64,000 nt of DNA, from contig CANLQH010000002.1 in the NCBI GenBank assembly GCA_947493285.1, positions 450,062 through 514,061 on the forward strand. The letters run 5' to 3'. The notes below the pieces were generated by a model that saw only the letters and a program-made list of their open reading frames with translations, did not search any database and was not told the DNA's origin. This DNA is from an uncultured Tenacibaculum sp. Lineage in GTDB: Bacteria; Bacteroidota; Bacteroidia; Flavobacteriales; Flavobacteriaceae. Position 1 is the stretch's first letter, and each line of letters starts with the position of its first letter. Below, in pieces: positions 29,966 through 40,610 of the stretch. The translations under genes and the position numbers were made by a program.

Positions 29966-31738
29966 ATGCAAGAGCCAATTCAATTTTACAACGAAGAAAT
30001 AAATCAGCTAAACACAAAGTTTAACACACTTAAAAAACAATTGCTAACAACACGTATGTTACGCCTTTTAGCTTTTTTAGCTATTACTTTTACTATATAC
30101 TTAGCTTTTACAAAGTCAACATTTTTCTTTATTGGCTGTTTACTAAGTATTATTGCTTTTGTGTTTTTAATACTAAAACACGGACATCTAAAAAAACAGA
30201 AAAAACTTACCGAAATTAAGCTCCAAATTAACAAAACTGAAATTGATGTTTTAAAGGGTAACTTTTCTCATATAGAAGAAACAGGAAAAGAGTTTGTAAA
30301 TCCTGAACATTATTTTAGTAACGATATCGATTTATTTGATAGAGGGTCTTTTTTCCAGTACCTAAACAGAACAGCAACTTTTGAAGGAAAAAAATTAGTA
30401 GCAAACATTTTAACAAGTAATCATCTTAATAATATTGAGCAAAAACAAGAGGTTATAAAAGAGCTTTCTCTAAAAGTAAAATGGCGTCAACATTATACAG
30501 CAGTTGCCCGCTTGATTAAATCAAAAACAACCATATCTAGTATTATAAGTTGGATACACGCCTATGATCAAAGACTTCCTGCTTTTTTACCTTTATTTTC
30601 TTATGTTTTTTCTTTAGCATCTATTCTACTTATAGGGCTCTTAAGTTTTGAAATAATTTCATTCTCCTTGGTGTTAATCTGGTTTTTTATCGGCTTAGGA
30701 ATTACCGGTGCTTTTTTCAAAAAAACTCAAAAATTATATACCGAAACAAGTAATGCTAAAGAAACATTTAGTCAATATTACCAATTACTAGAATTAATAG
30801 AAAACCAAGAATTTACCAATCCTATTTTAAAAGAGAAACAGCAAAAAATTCAGTTAGAACAAAAAAAAGCATCTGCTATTTTTAAAGAGTTTTCTAAAAA
30901 ATTAGACGCATTCGATCAACGAAACAATGTAATAATAGCTGTGGTTGGAAATGGACTTTTTTTATGGGATATTCGAAATGCTGTGATTATTGAAAAGTGG
31001 ATTACTACCTATAAAAATACCGTAGAAGAATGGTCTGATGTGGTTTCTTATTTTGATGCTCAAAACTCATTTGCAAATTTTACATTTAACAAACCAGAGT
31101 ATACATTTCCTAAAATTTATAATGAAGAATCAACTATCAAAGCAACAAATTTAGGACATCCTTTACTAGATCCTTTAAAAAGAGTTGACAATGATTTTAT
31201 GATCGACAATGAAGAGTTTTTTATTATAACAGGAGCTAATATGGCAGGAAAAAGTACTTTTTTAAGAACCGTTTCTTTATCTATTGTAATGGCCAATTGT
31301 GGACTACCAGTTTGTGCAGATAGTTTCAATTATAAACCCGTTAAACTAATTACTAGCATGCGAACATCAGATTCATTAAACGATGATGAATCCTATTTTT
31401 ATGCTGAATTAAAACGATTAAAATTCATTGTAAACGAAATTAAAAACGAAAACTACTTTATCATTTTAGATGAAATTTTAAAAGGAACAAATAGCAAAGA
31501 CAAAGCCATTGGATCTAAAAAGTTTGTTGAAAAATTAAGCAGTTCTAACTCTAACGGAATTATTGCCACACACGATGTAAGTTTATGTGAGCTGGCTACC
31601 GAGTATTCAACTATTAAAAATTACTTTTTCGATGCAGAAATACTAGATAACGAATTACATTTCGATTATACCATGAAAAACGGTGTGTGTAAAAACATGA
31701 ATGCTTCCTTTTTATTAAAAAAGATGGAAATAGTATAA
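29966..31738 (+). CDS. MutS-related ATPase (MutS_V domain, N-terminal TM segments)
   Basis: ITGANMAGKSTFLR, SYFYAELKRL, LDEILKGTNS, ATHD; lacks the mismatch-binding domain. Confidence 0.88.
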   Translation: MQEPIQFYNEEINQLNTKFNTLKKQLLTTRMLRLLAFLAITFTIYLAFTKSTFFFIGCLLSIIAFVFLILKHGHLKKQKKLTEIKLQINKTEIDVLKGNFSHIEETGKEFVNPEHYFSNDIDLFDRGSFFQYLNRTATFEGKKLVANILTSNHLNNIEQKQEVIKELSLKVKWRQHYTAVARLIKSKTTISSIISWIHAYDQRLPAFLPLFSYVFSLASILLIGLLSFEIISFSLVLIWFFIGLGITGAFFKKTQKLYTETSNAKETFSQYYQLLELIENQEFTNPILKEKQQKIQLEQKKASAIFKEFSKKLDAFDQRNNVIIAVVGNGLFLWDIRNAVIIEKWITTYKNTVEEWSDVVSYFDAQNSFANFTFNKPEYTFPKIYNEESTIKATNLGHPLLDPLKRVDNDFMIDNEEFFIITGANMAGKSTFLRTVSLSIVMANCGLPVCADSFNYKPVKLITSMRTSDSLNDDESYFYAELKRLKFIVNEIKNENYFIILDEILKGTNSKDKAIGSKKFVEKLSSSNSNGIIATHDVSLCELATEYSTIKNYFFDAEILDNELHFDYTMKNGVCKNMNASFLLKKMEIV

Positions 31739-31812
31739 ATCTGTCATAGTTTACTATAAAACTATGATAAATGACAGTAAATATTTGACGCATTAATCCA
31801 TACCTTTACAGT

Positions 31813-32805
31813 ATGAGTAAACTTATTGATAATTTTGGTAGACAAATCAGCTATGTTCGACTAGCTGTAACCGATCGTTGCAACCTTCGCTGTCAATACT
31901 GTATGCCTGCTCAAGGAATTGATATTGTACCTAGAAAAGAGCTTTTAACCTATAAAGAAATGTACCGTATTATTCGTGTACTTACCGAGTTAGGTGTAAA
32001 CAAAGTTCGTTTAACAGGTGGCGAACCTTTTGCGCGTAAAGATTTTATGTCTTTTTTAGAAATGTTGTCGTATAACGATTTGCTAGATGCTATAAACATT
32101 ACCACTAACGGGGCTTTGGTTTCTAAGCACATTCATACTCTAGAAAAGCTTGATAAAATTAAAAACATCAATTTAAGTATTGACAGTTTACATGCGGATA
32201 AGTTTGCTAAAATTACGCGTCGTGATGTTTTTCCTGAAGTGTATAAAACCTTTGAATTATTAGAGAAAAGTTCGTTAAATTTAAAACTGAATATTGTGGT
32301 TCAGTCTGGGTTTAATACAGATGAAATTAATGATTTTGTTGCCTTAACAAAAGATAAAAACATTGCCGTTCGTTTTATTGAAGAAATGCCTTTTAACGGA
32401 AAAGGGCAGCGAGATACTCTAGAAAATTGGAATTACACTAAAATTTTAGATGAAATAAAATCTGAATACGACGTAAAAACAGTTGTTTCAGAAAAATCAT
32501 CAACATCACGTAATTTTTCTATCGATGGTCATGAAGGAACTGTAGGACTAATACCGGCGTTTACAAGAACTATTTGTAACGATTGTAATCGTATTCGTAT
32601 TACCTCAACCGGTACATTTAAAAACTGCTTATTTGATGATGGTGTTTTTAACCTACGTGATTTCATCCGTAACGGAGCGAGTAATGATGATTTAAAAGGA
32701 CTCTTTTTATCACTCATAAAAGAAAAACCCGAAAACGGATTTATTGCAGAAGCAAACCGAAAAAAAGGAAACGTGAGTGAAAGTATGAGTACAATTGGTG
32801 GATGA
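31813..32805 (+). CDS. moaA: GTP 3',8-cyclase (radical SAM)
   Basis: DRCNLRCQYCM, CNDCNRIR...KNCLF, C-terminal IGG. Confidence 0.96.
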   Translation: MSKLIDNFGRQISYVRLAVTDRCNLRCQYCMPAQGIDIVPRKELLTYKEMYRIIRVLTELGVNKVRLTGGEPFARKDFMSFLEMLSYNDLLDAINITTNGALVSKHIHTLEKLDKIKNINLSIDSLHADKFAKITRRDVFPEVYKTFELLEKSSLNLKLNIVVQSGFNTDEINDFVALTKDKNIAVRFIEEMPFNGKGQRDTLENWNYTKILDEIKSEYDVKTVVSEKSSTSRNFSIDGHEGTVGLIPAFTRTICNDCNRIRITSTGTFKNCLFDDGVFNLRDFIRNGASNDDLKGLFLSLIKEKPENGFIAEANRKKGNVSESMSTIGG

Positions 32806-32814
32806 TTTTAAATA

Positions 32815-33462
32815 ATGGAGAGAAACTATTACATATTAAATAAGGCTTTGACTACTAATTCTCAAGACTTAAAAATTGGCTCTAGAATCATTGCAGCACC
32901 TATAAGTTTTAATGAAAAATTTGAGGATGGTGATGGTCCTTTCAAAACATTGAATGAGTTAAAATCTAAGTCAAGTATTTACAAGAATCTTAAAAGAGAA
33001 GATTTATCAAGAGCCCAAAAAATTGTAGCTGAAAAGAATATTTTTTTTATTAAAGACACAATTACAACACCTGATGTTGACATTGATGCAAATACAATTA
33101 ATGCATTAATTCATTCAATAAAAGGGAGAGTTAAAAATAAAAATATAACTGGGGTACATTTTTATGATAAATCAAAAATCAGAATAACAAAACTTATTAA
33201 CCTTAATCTTAACGGTGTCTTTGAAGCTTATTTTGAGTTTTACAATAAAACAACAAATAAATGGATTGCGAAAAGAACATTCAGTACCTTCTTTCCAAAA
33301 AATTGGACAATACAAAGGTTATTTTGTGAAATAAATTATGCTATTTCTTTTATTAAAGTTGCTGAAGACGGAAATTATAACTCTTTAACTTTTTCTGGAA
33401 TTGAGGTCATCATCAATATAAAAGATGGAAAAGTAAAAACTTTATACCCAGTAATTAAATGA
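32815..33462 (+). CDS. Putative bacterial EndoU-type ribonuclease domain protein
   Basis: IHSIKG, TGVHF, K..FSTFFPKNW..QRL..EI..A and terminal TLYP pattern typical of EndoU_bacteria domains. Confidence 0.65.
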   Translation: MERNYYILNKALTTNSQDLKIGSRIIAAPISFNEKFEDGDGPFKTLNELKSKSSIYKNLKREDLSRAQKIVAEKNIFFIKDTITTPDVDIDANTINALIHSIKGRVKNKNITGVHFYDKSKIRITKLINLNLNGVFEAYFEFYNKTTNKWIAKRTFSTFFPKNWTIQRLFCEINYAISFIKVAEDGNYNSLTFSGIEVIINIKDGKVKTLYPVIK

Positions 33463-34679
33463 TTTCAGTAGAAGAAGCAAAACATATCATATTACAAAAT
33501 ACCGTAGATTATGGAATTGAAGAAATTCCGTTTATACAATCTGTTGGACGAGTTTTAAAAGAAGATATTGTTGCCGATAGAGATTTTCCTCCATTCAATC
33601 GTGTGGCAATGGATGGAATTGCTATTAACTATAACTATTTTAAAAACGGTCAACGAAGTTTTACAATAGAAGGAATTCAACCTGCGGGAAGCCCTCAACT
33701 TACCATGCAAAATTCTGAGAACTGCATTGAAGTAATGACAGGAGCAGTTTTACCAAACAATTGTGATACTGTAATTCGTTATGAAGACGTAACCATCGAA
33801 AACGGAATTGCAATTATTACTGTTAATAGTATTAACGATGGTCAAAATATCCACGAGAAAGGAAAAGACAAACAGCAAGATGATCTTTTAATTTCTAAAA
33901 ACACAATTATTTCTCCTGCCGAAATTGGCGTGATTGCTACTGTAGGTAAATCAACTATAAAAGTAGCAAAACAACCTAAAGTGATGGTTATTTCTACTGG
34001 TGATGAACTAGTAGATGTAGACGAAACTCCATTAGCTCATCAAATCAGGCGTTCGAATGTATATACCTTGGTTTCTTTATTAGGGAGTTTGAATATCCCG
34101 TCAGAAACCGCACATATTACTGACGATAAAGCTATTTTAAAAGAAAAAATTAATACCTACTTACAAGAATACGATGTGCTATTATTTAGCGGAGCTGTAA
34201 GTAAAGGAAAGTTCGATTTTTTACCTAAAGTATTAGACGAATTAGGTGTAGAAAAGCTATTTCATAAAGTAACACAACGCCCTGGAAAACCTTTCTGGAT
34301 GGGACGCACAGATACTTTAAGCATGAATAATAGTTCCAAAAACAAAACTCTTGTCTTTGCTTTTCCTGGGAATCCTGTATCAACTTTTGTGAATTGTGTT
34401 GTTTATTTTTACTCTTGGTATTATAAATCAATTGGGGTTCAAAAAAATAAACAAAGTGCTATTCTTCCAGAAGATGTAAATTTTAAACCCAACTTAACTT
34501 ACTTTTTACAAGTCAAGTTAGAAAACAAAGAAGGTCAGTTGTTTGCTACTCCAGTTAAAGGAAATGGATCTGGAGATTTAGTTAGTTTAACCGAAGCAGA
34601 TGGTTTTATCGAATTACCAAAAACTGAAAATATAGAATTTAAAAAAGGTAGTGTTTATCCTTTAATTAGATATAAATAA
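33459..34679 (+). CDS. moeA: Molybdopterin molybdotransferase
   Basis: PPFNRVAMDGIA, STGDELV, SGAVSKG, QRPGKP, PGNPVS. Confidence 0.95.
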   Translation: MISVEEAKHIILQNTVDYGIEEIPFIQSVGRVLKEDIVADRDFPPFNRVAMDGIAINYNYFKNGQRSFTIEGIQPAGSPQLTMQNSENCIEVMTGAVLPNNCDTVIRYEDVTIENGIAIITVNSINDGQNIHEKGKDKQQDDLLISKNTIISPAEIGVIATVGKSTIKVAKQPKVMVISTGDELVDVDETPLAHQIRRSNVYTLVSLLGSLNIPSETAHITDDKAILKEKINTYLQEYDVLLFSGAVSKGKFDFLPKVLDELGVEKLFHKVTQRPGKPFWMGRTDTLSMNNSSKNKTLVFAFPGNPVSTFVNCVVYFYSWYYKSIGVQKNKQSAILPEDVNFKPNLTYFLQVKLENKEGQLFATPVKGNGSGDLVSLTEADGFIELPKTENIEFKKGSVYPLIRYK

Positions 34680-35155
34680 TGAGCAATTTTACCCACATAA
34701 ACGAGCAAAATCAACCTAAAATGGTAAATGTTTCTGATAAAAAAATCACGAAACGAACAGCTATTGCAAAAGCAACCATGTATGTGGGTACAGAAATTAT
34801 TTCTCATTTTAATAACGAGGAATTAATTACCAAAAAAGGACCAGTTTTTCAAACAGCCATTATTGCTGGGATTCAAGCTGTAAAAAAAACATCAGATATT
34901 ATTCCCATGTGTCATCCGTTACTAATTAACGGAGTAGATATAGATATTAACATTATAGACACTGAAAACATTAACGTGTTTTGTAAAGTTACTATCGAAG
35001 GGAAAACAGGTGTTGAAATGGAAGCTTTAACAGGTGCTTCAGCTACTTGTTTAACCATTTATGATATGTGTAAAGCAATCAGTCAAGAAATGGTAATTAA
35101 AGAAGTGAAATTAATAGAAAAAACTGGTGGAAAATCAGACATTAAAAATGGATAA
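34679..35155 (+). CDS. moaC: Cyclic pyranopterin monophosphate synthase
   Basis: MVNVSDK, KKTSDIIPMCHP, TGVEMEALT, YDMCKA. Confidence 0.96.
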   Translation: MSNFTHINEQNQPKMVNVSDKKITKRTAIAKATMYVGTEIISHFNNEELITKKGPVFQTAIIAGIQAVKKTSDIIPMCHPLLINGVDIDINIIDTENINVFCKVTIEGKTGVEMEALTGASATCLTIYDMCKAISQEMVIKEVKLIEKTGGKSDIKNG

Positions 35156-35933
35156 AATAGCAATTATTGGTGCAGGGAAATTAGGATGTGCTATCGCAGA
35201 TGGACTTTTAGAAAGTGGATTGCATGCATCTAACTTAAGTTTATCTAGAAGAAAAACAACAACACTTAAAAAATATACTGAAGCGGGTGTTTTAGTTACT
35301 TCAAACAATAACGAAGCAGTTAAAAATGCTACGGTTATTTTACTATGTGTAAAGCCTCAAAAAACTGCTCAAGTTTTAAAAGAATTAGCTTCTGAAATTA
35401 CAAACCAAACAATAATTTCAACCGTTACTGGAATCTCTTTATTAGAATTAAAATCTATTATAAAAAAAGACCTTCCTTTGTTTAGAGCAATGCCAAATAC
35501 TGCAGCTGCAATTAAACAATCTATGACTTGTATTTCTACTATTGATAGTACTGATACACAAAAAAACACGGTAGAAAGTATATTCAAAAACTTAGGAGAA
35601 ACTGTTTTTATTGACGACGAATTAATGGCTTCGGCAACTGTTTTAGCAGCAAGCGGAATTGCATTTGCATTACGTTATTTAAGAGCCGCAATGCAAGGAG
35701 GTATCGAAATAGGTTTTAATTCTGAATTAGCGCAAAAAATAACTGCGCAAACCATTAAAGGTGCTGCCGAATTAATTTTGCAAAATGGAAATCATCCAGA
35801 AAGTGAAATTGACAAGGTAACAACGCCACAAGGAATTACGATTACAGGTTTAAACAAAATGGAACAAGAGGGATTTAGTTCTTCTGTTACTCATGGTATA
35901 TTGGCTTCTCAAAATAAAATTGAAAACTTATAA
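35148..35933 (+). CDS. proC: Pyrroline-5-carboxylate reductase
   Basis: IIGAGKLG, RAMPNTAA, VTTPQGITITGL; start moved to MDKIAII. Confidence 0.93.
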   Translation: MDKIAIIGAGKLGCAIADGLLESGLHASNLSLSRRKTTTLKKYTEAGVLVTSNNNEAVKNATVILLCVKPQKTAQVLKELASEITNQTIISTVTGISLLELKSIIKKDLPLFRAMPNTAAAIKQSMTCISTIDSTDTQKNTVESIFKNLGETVFIDDELMASATVLAASGIAFALRYLRAAMQGGIEIGFNSELAQKITAQTIKGAAELILQNGNHPESEIDKVTTPQGITITGLNKMEQEGFSSSVTHGILASQNKIENL

Positions 35934-37037
35934 ATGGCACATCAAAAACATACAAATATCACAAAAAAGCAAAACGATAATTTCGCAGTAAACGAAGTTG
36001 CTATTTTGGGTGCTAAATGTGGAATTATTGAAGATTTAGTTCATAAGGTTTCATCAAAACTATCAAACTATAATTTGGGTTATTTTGATGCTTCTCATGC
36101 TAAAGATATTGATCAAAACAATGTAACTAAATATACATTTCATCATGAAGGTAATTTACAAATAGATACCACATCTGTAATAAATAAGTTTGAACAACGC
36201 TTACAGTTTATTAATCACGATTTTGTGTTTATCAATGGAAATCATTATCAAGGTGCAAAACAAATTTTAATTTTAGACCCTGAGAAAGAAGCTTCAATAA
36301 AAAAGAGATTAGATCAAATAACAAACATTCAATTTGTGATAAAATTGAATCCAGATGTTGTCTACTTCGATTGTTTATTGGAGAAATTTCCAAATATTAA
36401 AAATATTACATCCTATACAATTGATGAAGTAGATAAAATTACCTCTCATATAAATCTTTTAATTCAAGAATACATTCCACCAGTAAAAGGGTTAGTTTTG
36501 GTTGGTGGAAAAAGTACTAGAATGGGAAGCGACAAATCTCAATTAGATTACTATGGAAAACCTCAAAAAGAACACGTAAAAGAACTATTAGAGTCAAATA
36601 ATTTAGACGCTTTTTATTCAGTTCAATATAACTCAAATAAAGAAGATGAAATTCACGATACATTTATAAATCTTGGTCCGTTTGGAGGTATTTGTTCTGC
36701 TTTTCAAAAAAATCCTAATACGGCTTGGTTAGTAATAGCTACAGATGTTCCTTTTGTAAACAATGAGCTCATTCAGCTTTTATTACAAAAAAGAAATCCC
36801 AGTAAAGTAGCAACAGCTATTAAAGGAAGCAGCAAAGAATTTCCAGAGCCTTTAATTACCATTTACGAGCCAAAAGCATACACTAAATTATTACAATATT
36901 TAACTCAAGGATATTCTTGTCCTCGTAAAATGTTGATTAATTCTGACGTAGAAATTGTTGAAGTTAATGATGCTTTAATTAGAAATATTAATACTCCAGA
37001 AGAGTTCGAAATTGCTAAAAAGGAAATTAATGGATAA
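35934..37037 (+). CDS. mobA: Molybdenum cofactor guanylyltransferase with N-terminal extra domain
   Basis: C-terminal half LVGGKSTRMGSDK, GPFGGI, ATDVPF, EPL..IY, NINTPEE. Confidence 0.85.
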   Translation: MAHQKHTNITKKQNDNFAVNEVAILGAKCGIIEDLVHKVSSKLSNYNLGYFDASHAKDIDQNNVTKYTFHHEGNLQIDTTSVINKFEQRLQFINHDFVFINGNHYQGAKQILILDPEKEASIKKRLDQITNIQFVIKLNPDVVYFDCLLEKFPNIKNITSYTIDEVDKITSHINLLIQEYIPPVKGLVLVGGKSTRMGSDKSQLDYYGKPQKEHVKELLESNNLDAFYSVQYNSNKEDEIHDTFINLGPFGGICSAFQKNPNTAWLVIATDVPFVNNELIQLLLQKRNPSKVATAIKGSSKEFPEPLITIYEPKAYTKLLQYLTQGYSCPRKMLINSDVEIVEVNDALIRNINTPEEFEIAKKEING

Positions 37038-37506
37038 TTTAATAATAATTGAAGGGCAGAAAAAACATTTTTTATATCGCCTTTTAGCATCTTTTTTATT
37101 TGCTACAGCTGTATTTGTTCTTGGGAAATTCTTTTTAAATACTCCTATATCAAATACAGAAAGCTTTAGATTAGCATTTTTAAAACTAATAAAATCTGAG
37201 GTTTACATTTTAATCTTTGCTATAGGTTTTTCAGTTGTTAGCCATCATCATTTTAATCTTAAAGAGAAAAAATATAGAGAATACTTTTCAGTTGCTAATA
37301 TTGGTTATGGAAAATGGAAATCGATAGATAATTTAAGTTATACTTCAGTATTTTTAAATAGTAAAGATATTTATGAAGTTAATATTTGGGATGAAAGCAA
37401 CAATCGTTTTAAAGTTTATTTTTATAATAAAGAAATTGACGCTATAGAAACAGCAAAACATTTAGCAAAAAAACTAAACATAAGCTATTACTCAAAAAAT
37501 GGATAA
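37030..37506 (+). CDS. Hypothetical membrane protein
   Basis: Two hydrophobic segments; overlaps neighbouring genes in operon fashion. Confidence 0.7.
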   Translation: MDNLIIIEGQKKHFLYRLLASFLFATAVFVLGKFFLNTPISNTESFRLAFLKLIKSEVYILIFAIGFSVVSHHHFNLKEKKYREYFSVANIGYGKWKSIDNLSYTSVFLNSKDIYEVNIWDESNNRFKVYFYNKEIDAIETAKHLAKKLNISYYSKNG

Positions 37507-38095
37507 AAAACTTCACATATTTTGTTCAAAAGAAGCACAAACTACTTTTAAAGAATCTAATATTGAAGGAGACTCTTTATTGTTTAAAGAAAACTTGCTA
37601 GAAGGACCTATAATTTCGGATGTTTTTTCTGATGAATTTTGGTCGAAACGTTACGAGTATTTCGAAAATACGTATCAAGTTTCAAGAGTTGATTATTTCG
37701 ACAATGCTATTAAATCAATAGTTCAGTTAGAGGATCTTGGTGAATATAAGGAAGTAGTTTTGTGGTTAGATTACACAAATCTTTCTCAAGTAAATTTAAT
37801 GGCTATAGGTAGCCACTTATCTAAATATTTTTCAAAAAACACACAGTTCTTTTTATTATGTTCAGGTAAACATAAAGGAAGAAATGAACTACAAAAATTA
37901 ACTGATTATAATTCTAAAGAATTTGAAATACTACATTCTTATAAGGTAAAACTCACTTTACCAAACCTTGAATATTTACAACAATGTTGGGAAGCTTATT
38001 CGGTAAAAAATAATACGTTTAACTATAGTCTTTTTTCAAATAAGTTTAGATATTTACAACAGGCTATCAATGGTTTGCTAATCTTCTTTAAATAA
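37499..38095 (+). CDS. DUF1835-like protein
   Basis: LHI, ENLLEGP, FWSKR, EVVLW...Q(V)NL pattern. Confidence 0.65.
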   Translation: MDKKLHIFCSKEAQTTFKESNIEGDSLLFKENLLEGPIISDVFSDEFWSKRYEYFENTYQVSRVDYFDNAIKSIVQLEDLGEYKEVVLWLDYTNLSQVNLMAIGSHLSKYFSKNTQFFLLCSGKHKGRNELQKLTDYNSKEFEILHSYKVKLTLPNLEYLQQCWEAYSVKNNTFNYSLFSNKFRYLQQAINGLLIFFK

Positions 38096-38134
38096 AAGTA
38101 AAAAGACATTTGTCACTCAGTAAAAAATAATCCT

Positions 38135-39397
38135 ATGGATACTTATACTATTGCAACTTTTCTTATTTTATTATCTGCTGTTTTTGGATATATAAATGTT
38201 AAGTTTTTAAAATTACCAAACACCATTGGTTTAATGCTTATTACTATTCTATATACCTTAGGCGTATTGGCATTAAGTTATTTTGATAGTACTCTATTAA
38301 ATGCCGAAATTGAATTCATTAAGCAAATTGATTTTAGAACTGTTTTATTAGATGAAATGTTAAGTTTCTTACTATTTGCAGGAGCCTTACACACCAATTT
38401 TCAACAGTTAAAAGTACAACGTTGGCCTATTTTAGTTTTTGCAACTATTGGCGTTTTAACCTCTACTTTTTTAATTGGAGGCACTATGTATTATGTGTTA
38501 CAATTATTAGGAATGAATATTGAATTCATTTATTGTTTATTATTCGGAGCATTAATTTCTCCAACCGATCCTATTGCTGTTTTAGGAATTTTGAAAAAAG
38601 CAGGAGCTCCTAAAAAACTAGAAACTAAAATTGTAGGAGAATCATTATTTAATGATGGTGTTGGTGTAGTTGTTTTCTTAACTATATTTCAAGTAGCTTC
38701 TTCTGGAAATTTTAATCCTGCAGATGTAGCAACTTTATTCGGACAAGAAGTAATAGGCGGTATTATTCTTGGATTAATACTTGGGTACCTTGCCTTTAAA
38801 ATGATAAAATCTATTGATGATTTTGAAATAGAAGTTATCATTACCATTGCATTAGTTATGGTAGGAAGCTTAATTGCGCGTAAACTTCATTTATCGGCTC
38901 CATTAGCTATGGTAACTGCTGGTTTAATGCTAGGAAATGATACTTCTAGAAACACTTCAATGTCTGAAACTACCGAAATGTATGTAGATAAATTTTGGGA
39001 ATTAGTTGATGTACTATTAAACGCAATTCTTTTCGTACTTATCGGTATGGAAATGCTGGTATTAGTATTTGAAGGAAAATATATACTTGCAGGATTATTA
39101 GCAATACCAATCACATTATTATGTCGCTATGTTTCTTTACTATTACCAATCAATTTCTTTAAAAAGAAACTCGATTTTGTTCCTAATACTAATTTAATGA
39201 TGACTTGGGGAGGCTTACGAGGTGGTATATCTATTGCATTAGCACTTGGTTTATCACAAGATATGCACCGAGAAATGTTTTTAGTAATTACTTATATCGT
39301 AGTAATATTTTCTATTCTAGTACAGGGATTAACTATTGAGCCTTTGTTAGAAAAACTCGGATTAAAATCAAATAAAACTACTAACTCCCATCATTAA
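38135..39397 (+). CDS. nhaP: Na+/H+ antiporter (CPA1/NhaP family)
   Basis: LFAGAL, FGALISPTDPIAV, GESLFNDG, WGGLRGGISIALAL. Confidence 0.92.
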   Translation: MDTYTIATFLILLSAVFGYINVKFLKLPNTIGLMLITILYTLGVLALSYFDSTLLNAEIEFIKQIDFRTVLLDEMLSFLLFAGALHTNFQQLKVQRWPILVFATIGVLTSTFLIGGTMYYVLQLLGMNIEFIYCLLFGALISPTDPIAVLGILKKAGAPKKLETKIVGESLFNDGVGVVVFLTIFQVASSGNFNPADVATLFGQEVIGGIILGLILGYLAFKMIKSIDDFEIEVIITIALVMVGSLIARKLHLSAPLAMVTAGLMLGNDTSRNTSMSETTEMYVDKFWELVDVLLNAILFVLIGMEMLVLVFEGKYILAGLLAIPITLLCRYVSLLLPINFFKKKLDFVPNTNLMMTWGGLRGGISIALALGLSQDMHREMFLVITYIVVIFSILVQGLTIEPLLEKLGLKSNKTTNSHH

Positions 39398-39440
39398 AAA
39401 TTAAATAAAAAAACCTCAACAAATTTGTTGAGGTTTTTTG

Positions 39441-39522
39441 TACTCGAGGCGGGAATCGAACCCGCACTCCCGAAAGAATTGGATTTTGAATCCAACGTGT
39501 CTACCAGTTCCACCACTCGAGC
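39441..39522 (-). tRNA. tRNA-Leu (CAA)
   Basis: Reverse complement GCTCGAGTGGTGGAACTGGTAGACACG-TTGGA-TTCAAAA-TCCAA-...-GGTTCGATTCCCGCCTCGAGTA; long variable arm; CCA not encoded. Confidence 0.97.
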
Positions 39523-39645
39523 AGTTTAATAGACTGCGAATTTATTAAATATTTTAATGATTTCATTTAAAAATATCTTTTAAACTCTCAAAATAGTTTT
39601 ACTTTTGTTGCCAACAACAACAGTAACTAAATATCACAACACTAA

Positions 39646-40587
39646 ATGGCTACAAATCAATTGAGTCCAAAGTTTTTTGCATGTTCACAAAGTATTGAAT
39701 TAGCAGAAGAAATTGCTAAAAATTATGGCTTTGAATTAGGAAAAGTAATCACCACTCATTTTAGCGACGGAGAATTTCAACCAGCTTTTGAAGAATCAGT
39801 AAGAGGACGTAGAGTTTTTATTATAGGATCTACCTTTCCATCTGCTGATAATTTAATGGAAATGTTATTAATGTGCGATGCTGCTAAACGAGCATCTGCA
39901 AGACATATTACAGCTGTAATGCCTTATTTTGGGTGGGCTCGTCAAGATAGAAAAGACAAACCTCGTGTAGCAATTGGTGCAAAATTAGTAGCAAAATTAT
40001 TAGAAGCTGCTGGGGCTACAAGAATTATGACAATGGATTTACATGCAGATCAAATTCAAGGGTTCTTCGAAAAGCCAGTAGATCATTTATTTGCTTCTAC
40101 TATCTTTCTTCCTTATGTAAAAAGCTTAGAATTAGATAATCTTACAATTGCTTCACCAGATATGGGAGGTTCAAAAAGAGCTTATGCTTATTCTAAATAT
40201 TTAGAAAGTGATGTGGTTATTTGTTATAAACAACGTGCAAAAGCTAATGTAATTTCTCATATGGAGTTGATTGGTGAAGTTGAAGGTAAGAATGTAATTC
40301 TTGTTGATGATATGATTGACACCGGAGGAACACTTACCAAAGCAGCAGATTTAATGATGGAACGCGGCGCAAAAAGTGTTCGTGCAATATGTACACATCC
40401 TATACTTTCTGGTAATGCTTATGAGCGAATTCAAAACTCAAAACTAGAAGAGCTAATTGTTTCAGACACAATTCCTTTAAAAAAGAATATATCTAAAATA
40501 AAAGTTGTAACTTGCGCGCCCTTATTCGCTGATGTGATGCGTAAAGTTCAAGACAACACATCCATTAGTGGACAATTTTTAATGTAA
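39646..40587 (+). CDS. prs: Ribose-phosphate pyrophosphokinase
   Basis: [38 protein letters not shown]. Confidence 0.97.
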   Translation: MATNQLSPKFFACSQSIELAEEIAKNYGFELGKVITTHFSDGEFQPAFEESVRGRRVFIIGSTFPSADNLMEMLLMCDAAKRASARHITAVMPYFGWARQDRKDKPRVAIGAKLVAKLLEAAGATRIMTMDLHADQIQGFFEKPVDHLFASTIFLPYVKSLELDNLTIASPDMGGSKRAYAYSKYLESDVVICYKQRAKANVISHMELIGEVEGKNVILVDDMIDTGGTLTKAADLMMERGAKSVRAICTHPILSGNAYERIQNSKLEELIVSDTIPLKKNISKIKVVTCAPLFADVMRKVQDNTSISGQFLM

Positions 40588-40610
40588 ATAAATTTAATAA
40601 ACAAAAAGTA

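Noticed and set aside
29966-31738. Second MutS as a duplicated mismatch-repair gene
   Set aside because: Membrane-anchored MutS_V-only family, common in Bacteroidota; distinct from the canonical mutS at 45907-48534
31813-39522. Genomic island integrated at tRNA-Leu
   Set aside because: No integrase, and I found no repeat of the tRNA 3' end bounding the region
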